Below, piece after piece: positions 13,762-26,757 of a stretch of 64,000 nt of DNA (its first letter is position 1; the number at the start of each line of letters is the position of its first letter). Both the position numbers and the translations under genes were made by a program. The notes under the pieces are model-generated. The model was not told where the DNA came from. It searched no databases and was given only the letters and a program-made list of their open reading frames with translations. The stretch is from Octopus sinensis. Its lineage: Eukaryota. The stretch is from contig NC_043000.1 in NCBI RefSeq assembly GCF_006345805.1, positions 7,564,001 to 7,628,000 of the forward strand, given 5' to 3'.

Positions 13762-13854
13762 GATTATTTTGGGACAATTGTTTCGCTATTAATGAATTAA
13801 ATGTAATTTTACTTACAAAAAAAATCCATTTGTAGCTCGTCAGCCAAAACTATC
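13762..13854 (-). ncRNA. Type I hammerhead ribozyme, canonical core
   Basis: Plus strand reads gattattttgg-gac-aatt-gtttc-gcta...tagc-tcgtcag-ccaaaactatc, the reverse complement of the motif above. Confidence 0.9.
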
Positions 13855-14295
13855 TGGATGAAATCCACTCAATCACACGCCAGATTTTACCATAACGATA
13901 AATACGCGTGTGGTTCAATTGATTACATCCGACGTTATAATTCAAATGCCCCAACTAACAGCGCGCCAAACTTTCACGGAAAACAAATACAGCATTTAGA
14001 AATAAATGCAGCATAATTATATTAATTAATAAGGGTGCGAGAATTAGATACTAATTTAATAGTATATCTATTCAACACCAAGTGGCCTAGTGCTCCGAGA
14101 AACCTGGATTATTATAATATTTTATAACATATTATAATATTTTTACAAAATAAATATAAGAGAGTGGTCACTATATGGCTCACTCTAGCACCAGTTAATC
14201 CAAAAGGTTTCAACCACGAAAATACATGTTTCCCATGAAAGTCAGTACGATTGTTAGCTCACACGGACAGGGCAAATAAAAATAACAAAAATACA

Positions 14296-14388
14296 GATTA
14301 TTTTGGGACAATTGTTTCGCTATTAATGAATTAAATGTAATTTTACTTACAAAAAAAATCCATTTGTAGCTCGTCAGCCAAAACTATC
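14296..14388 (-). ncRNA. Type I hammerhead ribozyme, canonical core
   Basis: Second minus-strand copy, 534 nt from the first cleavage site. Confidence 0.9.
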
Positions 14389-14832
14389 TGGATGAAATCC
14401 ACTCAATCACACGCCAGATTTTACCATAACGATAAATACGCGTGTGGTTCAATTGATTACATCCGACGTTATAATTCAAATGCCCCAACTAACAACGCGC
14501 CAAACTTTCACGGAAAACAAATACAGCATTTAGAAATAAATGCAGCATAATTATAATTAATTAATAAGGGTGAGAGAATTAGATACTAATTTAATAGTAT
14601 ATCTATTCAACACCAAGTGGCCTAGTGCTCCGAGAAACCTGGATTATTATAATATTTTATAACATATTATAATATTTTTTACAAAATAAATATAAGAGAG
14701 TGGTCACTATATGGCTCACTCTAGCACCAGTTAATCCAAAAGGTTTCAACCACGAAAATACATGTTTCCCATGAAAGTCAGTACGATTGTTAGCTCACAC
14801 GGACAGGGCAAATAAAAAATAACAAAAATACA

Positions 14833-14909
14833 GATTATTTTGGGACAATTGTTTCGCTATTAATGAATTAAATGTAATTTTACTTACAAAAAAAATCCAT
14901 TTGTAGCTC
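14833..14909 (-). ncRNA. Truncated hammerhead (CUGAC of the core and the 5' strand of helix I removed by the inversion junction)
   Basis: Unit sequence ...ttgtagctc|gtcag is interrupted after gctc (14909) by the start of the inverted arm (aactggtgctag). Confidence 0.75.
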
Positions 14910-15251
14910 AACTGGTGCTAGAGTGAGCCATATAGTGACCACTCTCTTATATTTATTTTGTAAAAATATTATAATATGTTATAAAATATTATAATAATCC
15001 AGGTTTCTCGGAGCACTAGGCCACTTGGTTTGAATAGATATACTATTAAATTAGTATCTAATTCTCTCACCCTTATTAATTAATTATAATTATGCTGCAT
15101 TTATTTCTAAATGCTGTATTTGTTTTCCGTGAAAGTTTGGCGCGCTGTTAGTTGGGGCATTTGAATTATAACGTCGGATGTAATCAATTGAACCACACGC
15201 GTATTTATCGTTATGGTAAAATCTGGCGTGTGATTGAGTGGATTTCATCCA

Positions 15252-15343
15252 GATAGTTTTGGCTGACGAGCTACAAATGGATTTTTTTGTAAGTAAAATT
15301 ACATTTAATTCATTAATAGCGAAACAATTGTCCCAAAATAATC
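15252..15343 (+). ncRNA. Type I hammerhead ribozyme, canonical core
   Basis: gatagttttgg-CTGACGA-GCTA..43 nt..TAGC-GAAAC-aatt-GTC|ccaaaataatc: helix I 11 bp (one mismatch, one G.U), helix II closed by G-C, short helix III with palindromic AATT loop, GUC cleavage triplet at 15330-15332. Confidence 0.9.
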
Positions 15344-15786
15344 TGTATTTTTGTTATTTTTTATTTGCCCTGTCCGTGTGAGCTAACAATCGTACTGACT
15401 TTCATGGGAAACATGTATTTTCGTGGTTGAAACCTTTTGGATTAACTGGTGCTAGAGTGAGCCATATAGTGACCACTCTCTTATATTTATTTTGTAAAAA
15501 TATTATAATATGTTATAAAATATTATAATAATCCAGGTTTCTCGGAGCACTAGGCCACTTGGTGTTGAATAGATATACTATTAAATTAGTATCTAATTCT
15601 CTCACCCTTATTAATTAATTATAATTATGCTGCATTTATTTCTAAATGCTGTATTTGTTTTCCGTGAAAGTTTGGCGCGCTGTTAGTTGGGGCATTTGAA
15701 TTATAACGTCGGATGTAATCAATTGAACCACACGCGTATTTATCGTTATGGTAAAATCTGGCGTGTGATTGAGTGGATTTCATCCA

Positions 15787-15880
15787 GATAGTTTTGGCTG
15801 ACGAGCTACAAATGGATTTTTTTTTGTAAGTAAAATTACATTTAATTCATTAATAGCGAAACAATTGTCCCAAAATAATC
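15787..15880 (+). ncRNA. Type I hammerhead ribozyme, canonical core
   Basis: Same motif: CTGACGA at 15798-15804, GTC at 15867-15869; 537 nt from the previous cleavage site. Confidence 0.9.
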
Positions 15881-16150
15881 TGTATTTTTGTTATTTTTTA
15901 TTTGCCCTGTCCGTGTGAGCTAACAATCGTACTGACTTTCATGGGAAACATGTATTTTCGTGGTTGAAACCTTTTGGATTAACTGGTGCTAGAGTGAGCC
16001 ATATAGTGACCACTCTCTTATATTTATTTTGTAAAATATTATAATATGTTATAAAATATTATAATAATCCAGGTTTCTCGGAGCACTAGGCCACTTGGTG
16101 TTGAATAGATATACTATTAAATTAGTATCTAATTCTCTCATTAATTAATC

Positions 16151-16187
<37 letters not shown>

Positions 16188-16205
16188 CATATATATATAT
16201 GTATA

Positions 16206-16238
<33 letters not shown>

Positions 16239-16307
16239 GTGAATAATATGTGTTTATATATATATATATAGTCCAACCCATGCCAGCATGCAAAACATAA
16301 TAAATGA

Positions 16308-16350
<43 letters not shown>

Positions 16351-17213
16351 GTACATACATACATATTGTGTACATAAACACAAACACGCACACACTTAAA
16401 TGTAAAGGAGAACATTTTTATTCCATTCAAACCACAAACCATTTTATCTCGGTTCTAGTTTGCAGCCATAGCGTATGTATATACCTATTAAAGCAAAAAA
16501 AAAAAAAACAGAGAAAATATTTTCTTCAGTGTATTCTTGTGGTTTCTGAACCAAATGAAGATAGCTTGAACAGAAATTATTTCCTTATACATTGAAATTC
16601 AAGAATCACCAATAAATCTTATGATATGAAAAACAAACAAATCCATTCACTGTTCTATCTATCAGTCTATCTTCCTCTTTCCTTCCTTTTTTAATTATCT
16701 ATCTGGTTGGAAAAAAAGAAGAAAAACTGGAATACATACATTACTTCTCTCTTCCTTGTAATTTATGTCTTGTTGCCTTTGTAATTGAAAAACAGATGAG
16801 AACAACAATGACAAGGACACTGTTTACTCTGATTCGAATAAAACTCAACATAACTCTTGTCTTGATCAGCTATACTCTAACTAAAGTGCACCTGGCTTTT
16901 TATCTCGAATTCCATCATGTATATATGTAGTTAGATTGATAGTTATGGAGACAGAGACAGACGAGTGGATTGGTAGTTTGACAGAAATATCGATAGTTAG
17001 GCAGACAGATGTATATGTATCTGTGTGTGTGTGTAGCCATGGCTAAATGTTAAAAAGGTTGCTTCCAAGCAATGTTGTCTTGGGTTCAGACCCACTCTGT
17101 GACATCATGTGCAAATGTCTCTTGTTATAACTCCAGGCTGACCAAAGCTTTGAGAGCAGATTTGGTAGATCATAGAAATTTGTGTTTGAGAGAGAGAGAG
17201 AGAGAAAGAGAGA

Positions 17214-17245
<32 letters not shown>

Positions 17246-17269
17246 CCGTTGTAAATTATCATAATCGTC

Positions 17270-17630
17270 ACACATGGCCCATCCGGTGAAGCATGCTCAT
17301 TTCCTTTCTGTAAAGCCTTCACATGTCTTTTGCACTGGAGGCCCATATCTTGTTGCCACACCACAATTCGCTCATGATCTTCAGAGATAAGCTCTTTATT
17401 ACCACCAAAGGTAACAACTGTCCTAACATTCACCAGCGTATTCTTATTCTAACCTCCACACTTTAGGAACATACACACCTACAATTAATTATTTAGTCAC
17501 CTAGGTAGTAAGAGCTATCAGCTGCTTTTAGGGAGTCATCTGGGAGTTCAGGAGAATCTACCTCCTGAACACTCTTAGAAGTTACTGCTGCAGCGAACCT
17601 ACTGTATCTGAAATCAACCTCCTTGGTTAA
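17270..17630 (-). pseudogene. Degenerate RTE LINE post-RT fragment
   Basis: Minus strand YYLGD...SVEVRIRIRW..LLPL...SLSLK resembles the RTE YLGD...RI..AW..FREL segment. Confidence 0.45.
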
Positions 17631-17646
17631 TTCCACTACACTTCTT

Positions 17647-17990
17647 GTGTGTCTAGCATGTAGCTTAGTGGTTAAGGGTATTCAACTCCCAATTGTAAGG
17701 TTGCAAGTTCAATTCCTGCTGTTGCATTGTGTCCTTAAGCAAGACACTTTAGTTTTCATTGCTGCAGGCCACTCAGCTGACAAAAATGAACAGTACCTGA
17801 TTTTCAAAGAACCAACTTTGTCACTTTCTGTGTTATGCTGAATCTCCCTGAGAACTCTGTTAAGCTTATGATTGTGTCTGTGGGGTGCTCAACCACTTGC
17901 ACGTTAATTCATGAACATGTTCCTTTGATTGTATCAACTAGAATCCTCATTGTTGTAACTGACAGAGTGCCAATCTTGTTTTTACTATTT
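17647..17990 (+). mobile_element. tRNA-derived SINE, family 4 (copies near 31095-31385 and 46045-46310)
   Basis: tagcttagtggttaaggg...gttcaattcc...gtgtccttaagcaagacactt...ccactcagctg.caaaaatga shared among copies. Confidence 0.65.
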
Positions 17991-18692
17991 TGGGCTCATG
18001 AAGAGGCTACTTTGCCGACTCCTGCTATGATTGGTGAATGGATTAAAGTTAGTTTTGTAAGATAAAGAAAAGTAAATGACTACAAAATTGTCATTTATTT
18101 CTTTTGTTGGTAAAGAGATCAGCTTAAAGAGTTCCTCATCACTAATCTTTCCTCTTAGATACACCCATATCTACAGTGTCTGTGACATAATCTTCCAAAT
18201 ACAGAATGGAGCTTAGAACTAATTCTTCCTTATAATGTCCATCATTGCTAAATCTCCATCAACTTACAACTAAATTTCTTGATAGAGGATAGACAGATTG
18301 GACAGTGTAATCCTAGATATAAATAAATATAAGATTATCACGATTGAAATGTCACTGGCCATTGGTCCATTTGATCTTCAGCTGACCTTTGGCTAAACAA
18401 CAGCAACCACACCAACATTGACCGTGTATGGCATCAGAATTATCTACTTTTCAGTTACGATACTTCTTTTGTTGGTCTTTATTAGTTGCTGTTTATTTTA
18501 CATCAATCATGGAAAGATGTAAAACAAAGATGATCAGGGTGGGATTTGAAACCTGGAACAAACTGATGCAATCAAATTACGCTAGATATCTTGTTCTACT
18601 CTATCACTTCTGACATACACCCACTAAGTTTTTCTTTCTATTGATAATGGTATACATATAGATATACATGCATGCATGTATGGACACACACA

Positions 18693-18693
<1 letters not shown>

Positions 18694-18739
<46 letters not shown>

Positions 18740-18740
18740 T

Positions 18741-18825
<85 letters not shown>
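18694..18825. repeat. (CT)n microsatellite (a (GA)n run lies at about 8159-8224)
   Basis: Directly visible. Confidence 0.95.
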
Positions 18826-18828
<3 letters not shown>

Positions 18829-18966
18829 TAGTAAAATCTACATTGCAGCCAAGTGGTTTCTGGTTCAGTCTCTCTGCATGGTACTATGGGCAAATGTCTT
18901 CTGCTACAGCCCTGGGCTGACAAGTCTTCTGAGTGCAGTTGGTAAACAGAAAGTGAAAGAAGCCTG

Positions 18967-19005
<39 letters not shown>

Positions 19006-19159
19006 TATCTGTGTATATACATACATATGTGTGTCTGTGTGTGTATGAGACAGGTTAGGAAAAACTGGAAGAAAGGGGGAGGAAACAGTAAACAGTATCA
19101 AATATCTAAAAGAGAAGATAGATATCAGGTGTACTTAGCATCTGGAGAAGCAGAGAGTA

Positions 19160-20360
19160 AAGAACTTGAATATATTCTGTAAGGTGAGGATCAGAGGCAT
19201 AGAGTGTTACAAAGTGCAATAACAGGGCACCTAGAGAAAATTGAGACCTCATTGAAGAGAGGCATGTATGGAATGGTAATGACACACTTTTTCTGATACC
19301 AAAAAGAAAAAAAAAAAATTATGGAAGTGCTATTACACAAGGTTGTTGAACGAAGAGGATGCATATGGGAGTAATGTTCTACTCTCAGTAAACCAAATGG
19401 AACTCATCTATCAAAGCTGACAGTATTATAGTTGTAAGCATGAATATAGATCTGATTGCAGAGAAGACAGACTATTAAGAATAGTTGTCGAGGTAATTAA
19501 GATATACAGTGAAGTAGGTCACATACTAATCACTCATATTGTCAATCAGTTAACACAGAAGACTGCCAATGGTATTAGCATAGCTGTATACTCATCAACA
19601 GCTAAAGAAGGAACAGCAATACACTAGAGAGAGGCAACTACAGGCACCAAGTTGTTGGACCTGATTATGAAAGCTATGAACAGGGTTAATGCACAATTGA
19701 TTTGGAACGGAATTAGTTTGGATGAGATCCATTTTAAGTTTGTACCAGGAAGAGGTTCTATTAATGTCCTCTCTTGAGTGAGACAACTTCAGGAAAAGAG
19801 TTTAGCTATAATCCCTTATACTTGTTCCTCAGTTCAGGAAAGGCCTGGGCAGATTACTGACAGGCTCAATAATCTGGTGGGTGCTAAGGAAGCTGAGGGT
19901 CAATGACTGATTTGTGAGGGTTGTGTACGCTATGTACAGAGGCACAGGCAGCTAGAGTTCAGTGATAAATTTATCATACATATAGGGGTGTATCTAGGCT
20001 CAGTTCTTACCACTCTCCTGTTTATTATAGATCTCTAGGTCATGCCAGAGTAATTTAAGACCAGCTCTCCATAGTAATTCTTCTACATTGATGGCCAGGT
20101 TAATTTGGCTAAATCAGTAGATTTAGACAAGAAATTCAGAATTGAAGGGCCTCAAAATAAACTTAGCAAAAATTAAAGTTTTAGTGTTTGTAAGCAGGAG
20201 AGAAGGCCATCTGGGAAACAACCAGCTTGATATGAAAAAAAAAAAAAGAATGGTTAGAAAGTTTATATGGTGTACCACATGTAAACTGTGGATGCTCATG
20301 CAATCACATAGTTTTAGCTTTGAAATTATTGTAGTGGAAAGTATCTTGTGCAATTGTCTT
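19160..20360 (+). pseudogene. Ancient RTE-clade LINE fragment
   Basis: Degenerate homology to the 56-kb copy (tattacacaaggttgttgaacgaagag; tttgtaccaggaagagg...gtgagacaacttcaggaaaag); many stops. Confidence 0.65.
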
Positions 20361-21552
20361 CTACCATAACCCCAGGCTAACCTACACCTTGTAAGTGAAA
20401 TTGGGTCATTGGAAACTGTGCAGAAGCCTGTCATACATGTGGTAAGAAGCTTGCTTCCCAACCACATGGTTTCTGGGTTCAGTCCTACTGCGTGGTACCT
20501 TGGGTAAGTGTCTTCTACTATAGCTTCAGGTCGACCAAAGCCTCGAGAGTGGATTTGGTAGATGGAAACTGAAAGAAATGGCGGATGTGTATGGCAACCG
20601 AGGTTGTTGTTTATATCCTGTATTGTAGTGGTTTGACAGATACAGAAAGATCAGCTAAGTACCAAACTGGAGGTAATAAATACTGGTGTGTGTGTGTGTG
20701 CATGTGTGTGTGTGTGTGTGTGTGTGCACGCGCACTTGTGTATGCATGTGTATACACACACACACACACACACACACACATGCCATAATCACTGTTTAAC
20801 ATCCGCCTTCCATGCTGGCATGGGTTGGAGAGTTTGGCAGGAGCTGGCCATATATGTATATATGCATATATATGTGTGTATGTGTGTGTTAGTGTGTGTG
20901 TGCGCAGATATGTATATGTGCACATATATATATATAAATGTGCGTGAATACATTTGTGTGTGTGTGTGTCCAATAAAATTAGAGATATTTTCACAAGATG
21001 CAAAACCTCATAAAGCTGGTAGTTAACACTTAACATCAACTCATTTAGCCTGTGATAATTGAGAACTAAAAACTCATTTAATAGTTTAAATGTTGCCATT
21101 CAGCTATATTACGCTAATAGGTGATGAATCCCAGCAGAAATGAGACACCAATATATGTCGCAGGTAGTATCTCCTCTTAGAAGAACTAGGAATTATTTCC
21201 TCTGCAACTATCTAAAATAAAGAATGTAGAATTAAATGGTGCCATTTAGAGGTTGGTACATAATTAAATGATACACAAGCAATGTTGGCACGTAAAAAGC
21301 ACCATCCGAACGTGGCTGAAGCCAGTGCCCCCTGACTGGCTCCTGTGCTGGTGGCACGTGAAAAGCGCTATCCGAATGTGGTTGATGCCAGTGCTGCCTG
21401 ACTGGTTCCTGTGCCAGTGGCATGTAAAAAGCACCCACTACACCCTCAGTCAACCCATCCAACCCATGCCAGCATTGGAAAACGGACGTTAAATGATGAT
21501 GATGATAATGTATCTATCTATCTCTATGTCTGTTTGCCTGTCTTTCTATTTC

Positions 21553-21595
<43 letters not shown>

Positions 21596-22222
21596 GTCTG
21601 TCTGTATCTGTCTATCTGTCTGTCTGTCTGTCTGTCTGTCTGCCTGCTTGTCTGTCTGACTGACTGTCTGTCTGTCTGTCTATCTGTCTATCTACCTGTC
21701 TATCTGTCTATTATCTATCCATGCATACATCTATCTACTCATCCATCCTTCCCTATCTCTATTCATGCGTGTGTGTGTGCAATGCAAAGCAGTATATAAA
21801 AACAACCCTTTTAGAACGTAATTAAAATTTGAAATGCAGAAATGTCAAACTGTAGCTATATATTTGTTTGATATGTTGATACAGAGTCAAATTGCCGTGT
21901 ATGATCAATAAGTGAGATTTCACTAGTCATAAAAAAAAAACTTGCTTCTAATGTTACATATATGTCTCAAGTATTGCAGATCAAATATACTTATCAAATA
22001 TACATTATCTAAATAAGATATGATCAAAGAAGATCTCTACAGAATCATCCAAAGATGTAGGTTAGTGGGTTAAGTTTCGAGTAACACATGGATAACTTGG
22101 TAAAAATAAAACTAAATTTAACGTGTAGAAGACCAATTTATTAGTATAATTATATATATTCTTTTATTTCTTATTTTACTGGTATCAATAATTAGACTAC
22201 AGTCAGGTTGAGACACTATATA

Positions 22223-22905
22223 CAGGGTGTGTTGGGTAAATTGTTGTCATTTTATATTTTTAATTTCGTGCATGTGCATTGTTTGTTTTTGATTTTGTTG
22301 ACTACACAGTATAGTAGGGTCAGTTGGGCACTGTCTGTGAGAAAAACTGCACCATGATGCAATTCAGAAATTTAGAAATGACATGCTGTACTACTTGGTA
22401 TTAGATCAAGTGCCTGGAGGAGGTAGTGCTGTCCTGGGTCAAAAGAGTGACTGCTGGAAGACCCTATGTCTGGCAACAAGACTCTGCACCACGCCACACA
22501 GGCTAGAGAACCCAGTCATGGCTGTCAGACAATTTCTACGACCACACCACCTCTACCATCGGGCCACCTAACTCCCCAGACTGCAAACCTCTTGATTATT
22601 ATGTGTGGGGCTCAGTTGAGCAAGAGACCAATAAAACTCCTTGTAACACCAAAGATGAACTGAAGGCAAGGATTATGGCAGCATTGACCAACTTAAACAA
22701 GGAGACTGTCCAGAAGAGTTGCAGGAGATTCTGAAGATGTCTGGAGGGCGTGGTTGAAGTCAATGGTGATTTTATTGAATAAATTTACTCTTTTGTATTT
22801 CAAGATATTTTAATATAATTTTGGTAAATATCTCTGTTAAAATGAGATGTTAGTGTTATTTAAATTTTTGAGTAATTTAGATGACATTTTATTCACTGCA
22901 TCCTG
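22223..22905 (+). mobile_element. Internally deleted Tc1/mariner-superfamily transposon, maT (DD37D) type
   Basis: TA|CAGGGTG...CATCCTG|TA termini; remnant WQQDSAP..H...PPNSPDCKPLDYYVWG with 37 residues between the second and third Asp. Confidence 0.85.
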
Positions 22906-23060
22906 TATATGCATGGTAGGTTTTTTTGCAGTTTCCATCTATCAAATCTACTCACATAGGCTTTAGTTGTCCTGGGGCCATTGTAGAAAATATTTGCTTA
23001 AGATACCATATGGCTGGGAAGCAGATTTCTCATCCTCAGAGCTCCGCCTGAATCTCTCTT

Positions 23061-23100
<40 letters not shown>

Positions 23101-23108
23101 TCTCTCTC

Positions 23109-23154
<46 letters not shown>

Positions 23155-23547
23155 CACACTTTGTAAAGTGTATGCAATAGAATTTGGTAGACAGAAACTT
23201 TTCAGGAGACTGTCATACATGCATATATATATATATACACGCACACACACACACATTTACATATACACATACACATATATACTCTCTCTTACACACACAC
23301 TTGTTTGTTGGAATGTATATATGCATATATATATGAGTCTCAATGTCTGTGTTGATACTTATGTTCACAATGTAAAAACCGGTATTGTGTGTATTTATGT
23401 CCCATAACCTAGCAGTTCAGCAGTGATCAATAAAATTATTTCTGGATTTAAATAAGTTCTGAGGTCAATATAATACTGTGCTCTAGTATGGCTGCAGTTC
23501 AATGACCGTAACAAGTGAAAGAGAACATGCACATATCATGATGGATG

Positions 23548-23601
<54 letters not shown>

Positions 23602-23628
23602 TGCACACAAATATATATATATATATAC

Positions 23629-23942
23629 TGTGGCAGCGCAATGGGCCAGTGGTTAGGGCAGCGGACTCGCAGTTGTAGGATCGTGGCTTCGATTCCCAGA
23701 CCGGGCGTTGTGAGTGTTTATTGACCGCAAACACCTAAAGCTCCACGAGACTCCGGCAGGGGGTGGTGGTGATCCCTGCTGTACTCTTTCATCACAACTT
23801 CCTCTCACTCTTTCTTCTGTTGGCCTGCTCCCTTAGCCAGTGGGGTGGCATCATTTGAAGGCTAAAACAATGCAAAGTGCATTGTGACCAGTGATGTGTA
23901 GCAACATCTGATAGCCTGGCCGGTCACGGTGATCATGGTGAT
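23629..23942 (+). mobile_element. tRNA-derived SINE, family 2
   Basis: A-box tgggccagtgg, B-box gcttcgattcc; body ...ctccacgagactccggcagggggtggtgg...gtgatcatggtgat. Confidence 0.8.
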
Positions 23943-24580
23943 ATATATATATATCCTACTATATATATATATGCATATACACATGTACATTGTTCAGAAC
24001 TTAATATTTGTATGTGGTCATCTTAGATTTCTAGTGTGCAGTCATCAATGTCTGGATATTAAGAATCTTTTGAGAAACACTTCTTGATCTTATTTTAACT
24101 GGATCAACCACTGTAATTTAGGTACCAGATGTTGATATTGTGTAGCCCCAGGTCAACCCTGCTAGAATGGATCTGTGATCAGGAGCATTTTGGCTTCAGT
24201 ATCCAGGGCTCTATTATTCAATGTGTCCTTACCTCTTTTTTGTTTTTTTTTTGTAAGATGGTAGAGTGAGGTGGAGATTGACTACTGTTTCTGACAGGTT
24301 AAGCAATTGTTTACAAGCCTCCTGTTCAGCTTTCACCAAGTATTGTTTTAACAACATTGTTTTACTGGCTTTGTTTTTCTGTCGGAAGAAGTCAGTATGT
24401 TTTAGGTGTTGACTTTAAATAAAAAATATTTCCTGTTAGTGCAAAGTAATTTTCACTCTGGTCACTTGTCACTTTCACTTGCATCCTGTACGCATTAACT
24501 TTGTCTATGAATTTATACAATGGAAAGTGGAGTTCTCATTGACATGACAGATACAACTAGTTTTGTTAGTGTGCTGATAT

Positions 24581-24619
<39 letters not shown>

Positions 24620-24749
24620 TACAGGAGTTGCTGTGTGGTAAGTAGCTTGCTTACTAACAACATGGTTCTGTGTTCAGTCCCACTGCATGTCACCTTTGGC
24701 AAGCATCTTCTACTATAGCCTTTCCATGGGTTGGACCAATATATATATA

Positions 24750-25152
24750 TATTCGTTTATTCTTTTATTTTTTCAGCCATTTGACTGCAGCCATGCTGGA
24801 GCACTGCCTTTAGTCGAACAAATCAACCCCAGGACTTATTCTTTGCAAGCCTAGTACTTATTCTATCGGTCTCTTTGGTTGAACCTCTAACTTATGGGGA
24901 TGTAAACACACCAACATCGGTTGTCAAGCAATGGTGGGAGGACAAATACAGACTCACAAACACACACACACACACACACATATGATGGGCTCCTTTCAGT
25001 TTCTGTCTACCAAATCCACTCACAAGGCTTTGGTTGGCCAAAGGCTATAGAAGAAGACACTTGCCCAAGTCCACTTGTTCAGTAGGACTGAACCCGGAAC
25101 CATGTGGTTAGTAAGCAAGGTACTTATCACACAACTGCTCCTGCACACACAT

Positions 25153-25199
<47 letters not shown>

Positions 25200-25590
25200 T
25201 TTGTCATTTGACTGCAGCCATGCTGGAGCACCACCTTCAGGAGTTTTTAATCAACCAAAGCAATCCAATTACTTCTTTCTTTTTTAAGCCTGGTACTTAT
25301 TCTATTGGTCATTTTGCTGAACTGCTAATTTATGGGGCTGTAAACATATGAACACCAGTTGTCAAGCACTTATGGGGGACAAGCACAGACACAAATGTGC
25401 ATGCATATAACACACACACATACACACACACACATATGGTAGGCTTCTTTCAGTTTCCATCTAGCAAAATCACTCAAGGCTTTGATTGGTCTGAGGCTAA
25501 AGTAGAAGACACTTGCCTAAGGTGCCATGCAGTGTGACTAAACCCAGGCTATGTGGTTGGGAAGCGAACTTCTAACCATACACCTCCATC
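24750..25590 (-). mobile_element. Two tandem family-3 SINE copies (partial + copy at 24620-24720)
   Basis: catttgactgcagccatgctggagcac...aaggtgcca..cagt..gact.aaccc repeated twice. Confidence 0.8.
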
Positions 25591-26425
25591 TGCACCTATG
25601 CATTTATATTTATGTTTATAAACACACACACCACACACACACACACACACACATACACACACACACACTTACACACACACACTTACACACACACACACAC
25701 ACACACATGCGCATGTGTGTGTTGGCATGCACACAAGCATAACTGTGTAATAAGAATTTCACTTTGTAACCATGAGGTTTTGAGTTCAGTCTCACTGAGT
25801 GGCAACTTGGGTAAGTGTATACTATAGCCCCAGATTGACCAAAACCTTGTGAGCTAATTCAGTTTGTAGAAATTGAAAATAAGCCCATTGTATGTGTGTG
25901 TGCACACACACACGCACACATACACACATTTACACATACACCATGTGACCTATATGAGAGGACCTCTCAAGGTTAATATTTTAGTATTTGGTGTTCTAAC
26001 AAGACATCCAGATTAAGTTTGATATTAAGGATTGCCTTTTGTTACTAATACTGGTTAATGTTCTGAAGATTAATCTCTTGGTTCTTATATCAGTACCCAC
26101 CTATGTATAGGCATACACTCGCCTAGCACCAGTGCAGGTGGCATGTAAAAAGCACCCACTACACTCACGGAGTGGTTGGCGTTAGGAAGGGCATCCAGCT
26201 GTAGAAACATTGCCAGATAAGACCGGAGCCTGGTGCAGCCTTCTGGCTTCCCAGATCCCCGGTCAAAACGTCCAACCCATGCTAGCATGGAGAACGGACG
26301 TTAAACGATGATGATGATGCATATATATTTATTTATATATGTTTGTATATGTATATTTTATATGTGTGTTAATATTGATGAATCATCTATGTTACTAACA
26401 AGATTATGAAGATTAATATATATAT

Positions 26426-26697
26426 ATCACCGTGATCACCATGACCGACCAGGCTATCAGATGTTGCTACACATCGCTGGTCACAATGCTCTTCGCATTG
26501 TTTTAGCCTTCAAATGATGCCACTCTGCTGGCTAAGGGAGCAGGCCAACAGAAGAAAGAGTGAGAAAAAGTTGTGGCATAAGACTACAGCAGGGATCGCC
26601 ACCACCCCTTGCCAGAGCCTCGTGGAGCTTTAGGTGTTTGTGGTCAATAAACACTCACAATGCCCGGTCTGGGAATCGAAACCGTGATCCTACAAGC
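26426..26697 (-). mobile_element. tRNA-derived SINE, family 2
   Basis: Reverse complement of 23680-23942. Confidence 0.8.
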
Positions 26698-26757
26698 ACT
26701 ATATATATATTATAGAGTCTAGGGAGAGTCATTCAGTTTTAATTAATTAATGCCTTA

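Larger units (their letters stand above)
13612..14909 (-). repeat. Left arm: tandem array of ~535-bp hammerhead-containing monomers (2 full plus 1 partial)
   Basis: ataagagagtggtcac recurs at 13621, 14156 and 14692 (periods 535, 536); units differ by only a few substitutions and indels; flanked on the left by (TA)n. Confidence 0.95.
14910..16149 (+). repeat. Right arm: reverse-complement tandem array of the same monomer (2 full plus partials)
   Basis: actctcttat (reverse complement of the unit start) at 14941, 15475 and 16012 (periods 534, 537); followed by (TA)n. Confidence 0.95.

Noticed and set aside
15392-15418. Second hammerhead-like string in the monomer (CTGACTT...GAAAC-AT-GTA)
   Set aside because: Lacks the G8/A9 core and any helix II.
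13612-16149. CRISPR-like or satellite interpretation of the array
   Set aside because: No short repeat-spacer pattern; only a few long identical units with an inversion and ribozyme cores.
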